NCBI GenBank assembly: GCA_001949185.1
Contig: BDGG01000012.1
Coordinates: 47,908-111,907 of the forward strand
Origin: Ramazzottius varieornatus
Lineage: Eukaryota > Animalia > Tardigrada
Reading direction: 5' to 3'
Length of the DNA stretch: 64,000 nt
Made by a program: the position numbers and the translations under genes
Part shown: positions 53,901 to 64,000 of the stretch, one piece after another
Layout: each line of letters starts with the position of its first letter
Position numbering within the stretch: the stretch's first letter is position 1
Notes under the pieces: model-generated
Databases searched by the model: none
Seen by the model: the letters and a program-made list of their open reading frames with translations, nothing else
What the model was told of the DNA's origin: nothing

Positions 53901-54098
53901 AGGCCGCGAGTAAGTAGGCGCGTGTCCGACCGATGACGTAATCGCAGTAACACGAGGCCGTTCCCGCTCAGCCACGACGGTCTCTGACGTCATCGAAAAA
54001 CGCTGATTACTAGATCGCGGCGAGGTATCCTATGGGCGCGATATCCTATGGTACATGAGGAGATACCGTTGATTCTTTTTAATGGAAGGTTTCATAAT

Positions 54099-56658
54099 TT
54101 ACGTTTTCATGTTAGCGGACAAAGGCAACAAATTAAAAGACACATTCAGTGGAGACAATCCCAAAGAACCCTGCAACGACGCTTTAGAAGCCTCTATCCG
54201 AGCGTTCAGAGCCGGAGTCACATGGCCCGGAACATTCTCCAAACTTATCAAAGAAAAATAGCAGCTCTTGACAGCAGCTGCATGCAACGCCGCGTGCTGA
54301 TCCAAATGTGGCAATAGAATATTGTAATCTATTTGATCAATAAAACTAGAAATTCTATCAACGATATTCTGCAACGTCCTGGACATTCCCACCGGCAGAC
54401 CCTTTCTTCCGCGCACAAACGCTCCCACCACCTTCACGTCGAATATCAACTGCAAGGCCTGGTTTTTCTTCATCGCACCATGCTTCAAACCACCCACAAA
54501 GGTTTCGTAAACGGAAGCTACGAGACTGAAACACCGACTGGGAACAGTCGACTGCGAAACGTTTTGATTAGCAGCGAACCCAATGAGGCTTTCATGCAAC
54601 AACCGCAAAGCAGAGTGAAGACACGTCGAAGCTTTCGTGGGAACCTTGACGGAAAACTGCACTGCCTTCCCTGCATCGTCTGTTTCTTCCAGTGTGAATG
54701 TCTGGAAAGGCAAGGTGTCGGTTGACCACTTCAGAGCATCCAAGTTTTCCTCCAGCGATTTCCCAAACTTTCCTCTGAAATTGTCTAAAGTTAGAGTTAA
54801 CCACTGTTCGAACAGCACATCCGAACAAGCATTCAGTTCTTTCTTCAGGACTTCGGCCAACGTTCCTCGGACGGAAGAACCATCCAGCTGAGGTATCGAC
54901 TTGCTTGTCACGTTTCGGAGGAAGGCGTGAAGCCAGGACAGGGTTCTTGGTCGATCCGGAGAACTGGACTCTTCGGGCAGGTACTGGACGGTCTTGGTAA
55001 GGTGCTGCATGAAATCCGTTGCTGCTTCTGTCGTAGTATGATCTATCCATGTTGTCGAGCTCCGATCATGCAGGTTTGTTGAAGCGGATTCGACTTCCAC
55101 AATGAACGCTGTCAGGTCAGAAAGCAGGTGCGTCGATGGATCGGAAGCGACGCTGGTGTCTCGTTCTTTCGGTCTTCCCTGTCGTTTTACACTGCCTAAA
55201 ACCAAATCCTAATTACACAATAAGAAACTCACAAGTTTAGTCAGGTGAAAAAAGGTTTCGGAGCGATGAGTAAACCTGGAAATTTTGGCCGCGCAGAAGG
55301 ACGGAGAGTCGCTGCTATTTCGACTCCGGTCAATGATGGGACGAAAGGTCCCATCGCGTTCAGATTTCTGAACGTCTGATCATCCTTCTGGTTGTGTACG
55401 CTGCTTCGAAGAGAAGATGTTGTGTCTGCCAGTATTTTTTCTAATTTCTCCCGCAGCACAATGGAAAATCTTTGACGTATGGAATTCTCCAGCAAACTGC
55501 TCAGCCTCTCCATCTCACTGGGGTAGTCTGCCATTATATTCTCGACGGACGAACTGCAGTCTTCCTGTCCCTGAAGAGCCTCTGTGACTATGGTGTGAAC
55601 CTCGACTACTGACTGGATGGACGGAAGGAGATTCAGAACTTGCGGTAGGTTCTCCACAGTCATAGAGGTTACCTGATCGAACCATTCGAGCATAGTTTTC
55701 TCGGTATTTCCCCCGACCGGAAGTAAGCAGCTTTCTGCAGCTGCCGTCCCCACACCGTCGAAGTAACTTTTGAGAGGCGTCAAAAATGTGTCAGGAAGGT
55801 TCGGGAATAATTCTTGGAATATTCTGGGCTGTGCTTGTCTGCAAAAGTCGCTCAAAAAGCGAACGAGTCGACCGGAAGTAAAGACTTCTTGAACACTCCG
55901 GAACGTCTCCAGTATCGACAGCAACGTTAAATGCACTACACAACAATGGAAAAACGTCAGTAAACGTTCTGAATTCGGGTTAAAGACGTTCTCATACCTG
56001 TTTCTTTTACGGAATGGTTCGACGAAGTTGTAAGGAAGTCATTTATGATGGCTGTTCTGACGGAAAGAAACTGCGGGAGGATATCCATCGTTTTTGCTGT
56101 ACTGTTGAGCACCATGAGTGATACAAAGTAGCCGGAAATTTCTTGTCGTTCGAAAGAGACTGCTCGGAGACACTTGAATACATCCGCGCTGATGAAGTTG
56201 CTGTACGCTCGGAGGAAGGTCCACTGCGTATCTTCACTCACTCTCGGCCTTTCGATGTTCCGCTGCCACACGAGACTGCGGACAAACGCGTAGGTCAAAG
56301 CTGCCGTTAATGTATCACAGTTATCCAGACACTGCATGATGGTTTCCGGGGCAAGCAATAAAGCGGAACTGAGCGCGTCGTTCAGCGGAGCTACCCGATG
56401 ATTGATGTGGGAGATTGCTTTCTCGGTAGTGACTGGGGTAACTTCGACGCTGCGAAAATGGTTCAGATGGTCCACAACATTTGTGATGGATCTGTGCATG
56501 CCTTGTATCTTGTCAGCAGCGTCGATGAGATCGCGGTAACGGACGCTGACCAGCTCTCGTAGCTCTTCTTTCTTCCGCTCGACATCGGTGCGCAATTTCT
56601 TCTCGATTTCTTTCAGCTCCGCCAAGGTGTGCTTCCTACACAGCGAATCGACGTCCAT
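54099..56658 (-). CDS. COG1: Conserved oligomeric Golgi complex subunit 1, 3 exons
   Basis: N-terminal VERKKEELRELVSVRYRDLIDAADKI (Vps51/COG1 domain); C-terminal QALQLIFDV, ID.ID...LLPHL. Confidence 0.87.
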
Positions 56659-57193
56659 CTTCTGTCCTTTCTCTTCAGCTCCTCCGGCTCATACTTTCGC
56701 TTTACGCCTTCTCACGCTGACTGAGACTGACCTAGGAAACAGGAACATGGTAGAGTGAGGGACAGAGGAACATTTCTGCATAATCCACGACTCACGAGGC
56801 CTAGGAAGAAAACGTGGACAAAATTAGCAATCATTTCCAATCGATCAACAATCAAGCTTGGTTGACGTGGGCCATCCACTTCCAGTAACCAGTCCAAAAC
56901 CGACACCGCTGAATCCTGGAAGTCGGTCTCAGGGGGTTAGCCGATTGAACCTGCATTCGCGACGGGGCCACAAACTCGGCTACGGGTATGTACCGATCAG
57001 TTCGCCCTACACAACTGCATTGGTCAAGCCGATGAACGAGGCCAACCCTCCGATATGGAAGATTTGCCTGGCAGCAAGCTGCTTGCCAAAGCCCAAAGGG
57101 TCTTTAACTTATCTTCTTCTTTTCTGTAGTACTCGAAGCCCTTGCATTCCCGGTCGTTCGGCAACCGCTGCTCTTCTGAATCCCCGCTCTGCG

Positions 57194-58103
57194 ATGGCCC
57201 AACAAAACGTCGACATCACCGGCCTGTACAAGCTAACGTCCAGTGAGAACTTCGACGAGTACCTCAAAGCCGTGGGTGAGTTTGGTCGGTTGATTGGCTA
57301 AATAATTATGGCATGTGTTTCCGTTCACCAACTTCCGCCTCGGTCGCTGGGTGCGATACCTGGTCTTCTGGGTGAATCACCTGTAAGTTCATGTGCTTCG
57401 TTGTTCCGATGTGCTGACTAACAATCACAGTAGACCATTAGCATGTCGTCATACCTCTACGTGGCTTTGTTGACTTTGTGAAAAGACAGCATTGGTAAGC
57501 GCTTTCCTTTGCCAGGTGTCAGCTGGGCGCTGAGAACTGCTGTGAAGGCTTTGGGCTCGGTCGGATCTGCCACGGTGGAAATCACCAAGATTGGACAAGA
57601 CGAATACAGCATCAAGACTGTTACCTCCATCAAGCAAGCTGAAATCAAGTTCAAACTTGGACAGGAGTTCGTTGAGAAAACTTTGGATGGACGAGATGTC
57701 AATGTAGGTGCAGTTGGTTGTAGCGCATGTCGTTACGATTTCCCGTCCATTCGCCCATTATTGTATGCTGACATCACGCGCGAGTATATAGTATAGCGCG
57801 AACTTTTGTTCATTTTGTCTTCTTGTTGGTAGACGACATTCACTCTGACCGGAAACACTCTGAAGCAAACCCAGAAGGATCCTAAAGGTGACTTCCAGAC
57901 TACCGTGGACCGAGACTTTGTTGGGGATGAAATGACCACTGTAAGTTTTCGCGGCGAGGTTCGAGGACCTTCGCCTACTGCTGGTTATCTTTTCATCCGT
58001 ATATTCGACCCGAATACTGACTGATGTCTTTGTCGTTTCACAGACGATGCGTGCTAAAGATGTTGTGTGCGTACGAAAGTACCACAAGGAGCCAAAGGCC
58101 TAA
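57194..58103 (+). CDS. FABP: Fatty acid-binding protein, 4 exons
   Basis: GLYKLTSSENFDEYLKAVGV, FKLGQEFVEKTLDGR, C.R.Y; the classical 4-exon FABP layout. Confidence 0.94.
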
Positions 58104-58825
58104 GTCCAATTGGTCAGTGAATCATCCTTTCTTCCGGTGTCGAATATCAAAGCTTTACAGTATGATGATTCTTGATCACGGTGCTGTTTAGTCGGCTACT
58201 TTCCGACAGTGTCTTCTTAATTGAACTTCCTGGAAAACTGTGAAATAGGGATGGCACGTTTTGATGCGTCGCTTGAAGTGTTTGTTGTTTGTTCGGTGTT
58301 TTTAACGAAAATATTGTCGAAGAACGGTAAATTTCTTGTTTGCGATCGGAAAACCTCGATCACGACCTTGTGTCGCGTCGAAGAAAACACGAAGAGTTTT
58401 CACATGCTTCAATAAGCGGCGAGCTATCGTGGTACTTCCGAGCGAGTGTCAGGAACTTTCCCATTGCCGGAAGAAATGGAAGAAGTCGAGCAAGTGGCTT
58501 TCCGGTACTTCGGCCAGTTAGTAATCGTAAAAAACTGAACTACATGTGAAGTCGACTTTGCGTCCCTCGGAGCTACAAACCGTACTTTACATCCACTGTA
58601 CCAACATATGGTCCTGCCGAATTATCAGAACCATTACAGCTGAGTCATACGCAAGCTCATCGAGCATTACATGAAGTAACGACTAACGAGTTGCGATTCA
58701 AACAATAATTTACATAATTAGTGGCTTTTCTGCCCTTCTGTAATTGAACGCTGATCATTTTGTCGATCGTCTTTTCGGTCTTTCTGAAGAAGCCGTGGCG
58801 GAAGTTGCGTCTGATGCGGACTAAG

Positions 58826-60833
58826 ATGGCGAACATGAGGTAGTTGCCTGCATATACCGTTATTCGCGTCGGATGAGATTAAATTAGTCCGTTATCAGCT
58901 GTTTTAATTTGCAGTGTTTTACGGATAGTCGCAAGTCTCCTGCAAAAAAGAGCATCTTGTAGCGCGGTAAAGGTCTACTGGAGGACGAGAAGGCATTTTC
59001 TTGTGTGGTTAGTATTCTCGCAAACTGTTTGTAGGTCCAAGTCGCGAGAGCCAGTTCCATTTCCTCCACACCGTCCGACGATGTCCGCTTCGAGAAGAAC
59101 GCTGGTGTGGGCATCATCACCCTTAACAAACCACGAGCATTAAACGCACTCACGCATTCCATGGTTATTGCAATGCACAATAGAATTCAGGTACAGTATG
59201 TCTAGGACCACCAAACTGAGTCCAAAAGAAAATTTTCGTGTAGTTGTTGTTTTCTAGGGATGGGAAAGGGACCAAACGAAACTAATCATCTGCAAGGGAA
59301 CCGGCGACAAAGCGTTCTGTGCGGGCGGAGATGTTGTTGGTAAAGAACTTTTCTCTCGAGCAAGATTTAGATGACGTCGAACCTGACCGTTTTATTTTCC
59401 TCAGAAATTTATCGGCAAGGAAAACAACCAGAAGGCGCAACCGGAAACGATTTCTTCGCTGATGAATACAGGCTCAATAACCGGATCCACAACCTCAAAA
59501 TTCCCTATGTGGCTTTGATCCACGGAATTACCATGGGCGGAGTACGCTTTTCTTTCTTGAGTAAGAATACAGAATCTTTATCAAGCAGAATATTCTATAC
59601 ATTTTATGCTTTGTTTAGGGTGTGGGAATATCGGTACATGGGAAGTACCGCGTCGCTACCGAGAAGAGCATGTTCGCCATGCCGGAAACTGCCATCGGCC
59701 TCATAGCGGACGTCGGCGGATCTTACTTCTTGCCTAAGCTCAAGAACCATCTAGGAACGTACCTCGCTTTGACCGGTAACAGACTCACGGGGGTGGATGT
59801 CAAGATCGCCGGCATCGCGACGCACTTTGTGGATTCTAGCCAGGTAGAATGAATTCAGCCCAATCGTTTATCCAAGTGGCACACGCTGTCAGCCGATAAC
59901 CTGGTACCGTGCGCCACTTGAAAACTCGACAAGATTGCTTTTGCAAGTGGCGCACTCTTCTCGACGAAGAAACAATGATAACGTGCGCCACTTAGGACAG
60001 CGATTGGAGTGCAGTAGTTTGCCAACGTCCCAGTTGATCCGAAGACAACACTTTGCGTCATCTGTCTTCTCCAAAACGGGCTGTGAAATACTATATATAT
60101 TTCAGATTAGACAGCTGGAAAGCGATCTGATAAGTGTGGGTTATCCGTCGGATAACGACGTGAAGAGCATTCTGGAACTTTACGACAAGGCGGTAAGAAC
60201 TTCAGTGTTACGGACCTCGCCGATCTCGTTAATGGAGAAGCGGACACGGTTACCGAATATGCTTCGTAGGGTGAACTGCAGAGGAATGCGAAGTTTAGCC
60301 TCGCGGATAATCTGAGCAAGATAGACTCGATCTTTGGGAAAGCGACGGTTGAAGAAATTCTCGATGCTTTAAAGGAGGATGGATCTGAATGGACGCAAAA
60401 GCTGCTGGAAACGCTGAGCAAAATGGTTCGTTTCTCTCCAGTCTTTTGTTCTTTGGTTTTATTTACGTGGTTTGACTTGAAATCTCTAGAGTCCGACGTC
60501 CTTGAAGCTTGTGATGAAGCAGCTGCAGCTGGGAAAGAAGAAGAGTCTCGCGGAATGTTTGAATATGGAGTACAGGGTGGTTTCGCGGCTAAGACAGACT
60601 GACTCTGATTTCTTTGAGGGTGTTCGCGCAAGTAAGTTTCGTGCAGAGAGCATCGTCTCTGTCTGAAAGCTGTCAGTCGTCGGGATGTCTAATATGTTTG
60701 CTATATAGAGCTGGTCGAGAAGGATAACAGCCCGAAATGGAACCCCAGTCGGCTCGAAGATGTCTCCGACAGCCTTGTTGACAACTATTTCGCTCCGTTC
60801 GAAGACTCTTTTCAAGAACTAAAGCTGGAGTGA
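58826..60833 (+). CDS. HIBCH: 3-hydroxyisobutyryl-CoA hydrolase, mitochondrial, multi-exon (in-frame ATG also at 58814)
   Basis: [76 protein letters not shown]. Confidence 0.95.
59862..60005. repeat. Tandem dimer of AAGTGGCGCAC element, HIBCH intron
   Basis: Left arms at 59874 and 59945 (period 71); spacers 24 and 27 nt. Confidence 0.87.
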
Positions 60834-61287
60834 CGCTCCGAGGAAGAGGAATGTTTAATTTCCACGCGAACTTCGAACAGGCCATGGATCAGAATAATTT
60901 TAGGTTTTATTCCGGGATTCTTGTTTTAAAACAGATTTTAACATTCTGTTATTTTATTTATCGTCGTAATTCAAGGTTTCAGTTGAACCAGGAAGCTCAT
61001 CTTTGCCGGATCTTTGCTCATTAGATCACTCAATATGTACGATAAGTCGATAACACCCAAGAAGTCCTAATAATGATAACAATCGTTCTACAGTCACTGC
61101 AGCACTAGGGATTACAGTAAAATCCTGAGCGAGAGTTCCCGAACAGGCTTCGATTCCCCTCCCAGTCTGTTCCCGGTCTTCTGGCCGAAATTTAGAGCGA
61201 GAGGGAAGTACTCAAGATGTTACTATCAGGTATCACAGAATGTTCGCTAAGGCGAAAACGCGATAGGGGTCCGTGCTGGGTTTCCTG

Positions 61288-61906
61288 TTACCTCTTCTGA
61301 GAGTCCAACAAATCCTTAGCTTCGTTGATTTTCGCCGCAAGGTACGGTGAACCACCTGGAAAATTTACTCAACATGTCGACGGCCAAGACCACAGACGAA
61401 CAGCGGCTCTAACGAAACGAATTTCAATGAACCACACAACCCAAACGACATTGGTTTCGCGTAGGGCATACTAACCTCTATCTGGATGATTTAGAAGCAT
61501 AATCCTCTTGTGAGCCTCCTTTATTTTTGCCTTCGAAGCAGAAGGGCTACGAGCACAATAAAATATTGTTGGACAGCAGCTCGTACCACGTCCGTAATAC
61601 ACGGTCATGTTACCTGACTCCGAGAATGAGGCTGGCTTCCCGTCTGTCCATCTTCGGATCAAACCCTCCTTTGTAGTATTTACTGTTGGCGAACGCGGAT
61701 GTATTCGTGGGAAACTGTAGCTTCTGAAGAAGAGGCTTCCCTGATCGAGCAAGATATCGTCCTGTAAAGAGGTACACCATACAGTATTCGTCCAACACGA
61801 TGGAGACTGGGAGGATTAATTATTGATAATTATTTCGTTGAAGTCACTCACCGACAAGGCTGACGCCAGCCAAAGCTAGTCCGGCCAAGATAACACCCGA
61901 ACTCAT
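61288..61906 (-). CDS. DNAJC19: Mitochondrial import J-protein TIM14/Pam18, 4 exons
   Basis: [51 protein letters not shown]. Confidence 0.95.
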
Positions 61907-62169
61907 CCTTCCCGTTCCTTGCTCCAGTTTCCTCCTCCAAACCACTGGTAGAAAACACAGCAGATGGATGAAAATAAGATAGAACAAAACGAGCACAGAA
62001 GAAAGAAATAAACTGATTTTTTTGAAGAAACTTCTGACGAAATCTTTATCAAAGGGGGATGTCTCCACTAGAATTCGAAAGAACCGATGACGTCATGCAC
62101 GACTTGACCCGAAAAAGTAAGTTCCGTTATATCTGCTTGCGTCATATAGTGCTTCCAGTAACTCCGTTG

Positions 62170-63190
62170 ACATTCAGACTGGAAGCTATGTCCTTCAGAT
62201 GTTGTGGTCCATTCCTGTACGGCGCATCTCTGACCGCCTTGACCAAAAAGGATGGCAGTATCCGTTCCATCGCGGTTGGCGGTACCTTGCGTCGTCCGGC
62301 TAGTATGGGTCAGCAGACGCGTGGATCTACGGGGATCAAGTCCTGCCGTCAGCTCGTGGTGTCCAGCAGGGAGACCCGCTGGGACCACTGTTCTTCTGTC
62401 TGGTGACTAAGGAGCTTTCCAAGCCGATGGAGTCAGAGTTGAATTACTGGTATCTCGACTATGCCACGATCGGAGAGGACGTCGACAGGGTACTTGAAGA
62501 CTTCCAGCAGACTAGCTGCACAGTGTGCGATTGTAGGTCTCGAACTGAGCATGGTCAAGTGTGGAACCTTCCTTTTTTGGCGGAAGTAAGAAGGAGCAGC
62601 TGACGATCAAGTCGCAGGCGAAAGCCATCAGCCCAACTGTAAGTCTCCTTAGCAGTGCAGACCTGATGCTTCTGGGAGCTCCTGTCTTTCTTGACGCGAT
62701 ACCGGCAGTCTTACAGGAGAAGATTCGCCAAGCGGAGCTGATGGCATCAAGACTGGGAAATTTAGATGCCCATCAGGCTTTGTTTTTTGCCCAAGTTGTT
62801 ATACGTTTTAAGATGTAGTCCTGTATGGACATTTCCAGATTTACTTCCTAGTTCTGATGATGTTCTTTGCAGCAGCGCCGCAAGAATAATGAATACCATT
62901 ATACCAACATGACTGATCCAGTCTGAAAATAAGCAAGCCTTCCAGTCGCAAAAGGAGGACTTGGCCTTCGCCGAGCAGACGAAATTGTCCTTTCGGCCTG
63001 CTTGGCCTCAATTTCTTTCGCGAAACAACTGGTCGCCTCCATGGTTGCTGACTTCAACCTGGATGAACTGTGCGCGGCTGAGCGGACATCGTGGTCGGAA
63101 ACTGAATTTCCGCTGGCGACTCTCCGCGTTTTCCAGCTCTCATGGGACTTGGTGATCGTCGAAAAGACGTTCAGCGAGCGAAGTCCTCCA
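62170..63190 (+). mobile_element. Decayed non-LTR retrotransposon reverse transcriptase fragment, CRE-like
   Basis: LTALTKKDGSIRSIAVGGTLRR, GVQQGDPLGPLFF, WYLDY (YxDD broken), LLGAPV, LPVAKGGLGLR, spread across frameshifts, stops and an internal deletion. Confidence 0.85.
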
Positions 63191-63231
63191 CGCAAGTTGA
63201 AAAGCGGTTTTCTGAGAACAGGGCAAAAAGT

Positions 63232-63303
63232 CTCCCAGACCGGGAATCGAACCCGGGTCTTCCACGTGACAGGCGGAGATACTCACCACTATACTATCTG
63301 GGA
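63232..63303 (-). tRNA. trnD-GTC: tRNA-Asp (GTC)
   Basis: TCCCAGATAGTATAGTGGTGAGTATCTCCGCCT-GTC-ACGTGGAAGACCCGGGTTCGATTCCCGGTCTGGGAG; all stems pair; a T5 Pol III terminator follows. Confidence 0.95.
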
Positions 63304-63421
63304 CATGCTATGAATAGACGGACAATTCTGTCCGGCTAACTGTCTAAAACCGACTGATAATGCTTATACAATTGTTTAGAGTGAACCCCAGCTTTTTCTG
63401 TGGTCATCCATATTCGGGCTG

Positions 63422-63444
63422 ACTCACCACTATACTATTTGGGA
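63422..63444 (-). pseudogene. 5' fragment (23 nt, includes A-box) of tRNA-Asp
   Basis: TCCCAAATAGTATAGTGGTGAGT matches the 5' end of the intact gene at 22/23 nt. Confidence 0.7.
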
Positions 63445-63537
63445 CAGTTCGTATTAGAGGATACAAATTATATATATTTCTTAGACAACGTTTTAGTGTG
63501 TATATTCTAATGATGAGCATTACAAGCTGACGGCTCG

Positions 63538-63618
63538 TGTAATGTAAAATGTAATGTAAAACAGTGTAATTACAAAAAGTGTAATTACATTTTACACTTG
63601 TTCACATTTTACAACCCC
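63538..63618. repeat. TGTAA/TTACA-rich imperfect inverted repeat, possible MITE remnant
   Basis: Several tgtaa(aa) units followed by ttaca units; no TSD found. Confidence 0.45.
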
Positions 63619-64000
63619 GAAAGAACGGAACCTGTAAACCAAGTGTAAACTATCAAATGACCCCTCCAAGTTAGCTAAATCAAAGCCGCTACAGATGTGG
63701 AAAGAAACGTAATCTCTCGTATACAGTAAACCTATTAACAATCTTCAATCTTCACTGGTTCAAACAACTACTTGACAACAAATAAATCTGCTAAGGTGAA
63801 AAACTTTCCGGTCAGAGACACGTCATCTTCGAGCTCCTCACTGCTTGGCATGTCATTGTCGTCTTGACCGAACAAATCATCAAGGATTGCCATTTGACTT
63901 TCCAGCTCCATTAGATCGGTTTCACCGCCACCTGGAAAAGTAATATTCTAAAGTACCGATGTCAAAATAGTAATGTCGAAGTAAATGAAAATCATATCAT

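Noticed and set aside
63768-63932. Possible acidic terminal exon on the minus strand (GGETDLMELESQ...)
   Set aside because: An acceptor and ~55 open codons are present, but the rest would lie outside the window; too little to call.

Overview
Gene-dense eukaryotic DNA from an invertebrate, probably a compact-genome arthropod (inferred from an arthropod-type chitin synthase and a mei-P26-type NHL domain). Most introns are short GT-AG introns, and there is one assembly gap at 53851-53900. About 22 protein-coding genes were assembled by hand from exons: MRM2, a divergent eIF4E-family gene, AMMECR1, PYROXD1, an orphan with a PH-like C-terminus, myosin essential light chain, a possible Rpp14/Pop5-like gene, chitin synthase, a Cys-type SelO with a signal-peptide-like N-terminus, TIMM10B, an orphan 4-TM protein, an NCS-type EF-hand protein, a CaMKK-like kinase lacking its regulatory tail, an SLC16 transporter, a secreted VWC protein, QTRT2, RBFA, mei-P26-like, COG1, FABP, HIBCH and DNAJC19. 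Also present are tRNA-Asp(GTC), a Tc1/mariner-type MITE (TA TSD), a hAT-type MITE (8-bp TSD) and a decayed CRE-like non-LTR RT. Two structures are not explained by these features. (1) A dispersed palindromic element, AAGTGGCGCAC-N25-GTGCGCCACTT, occurs as about 23 units at 19 sites, mostly in introns; the spacer length is fixed despite spacer sequence divergence, and some copies show compensatory arm changes. (2) A ~540-bp long-stem inverted repeat at 41007-41547 is a candidate hairpin-RNA locus. All calls come from manual reading and motif recall; no searches were run.
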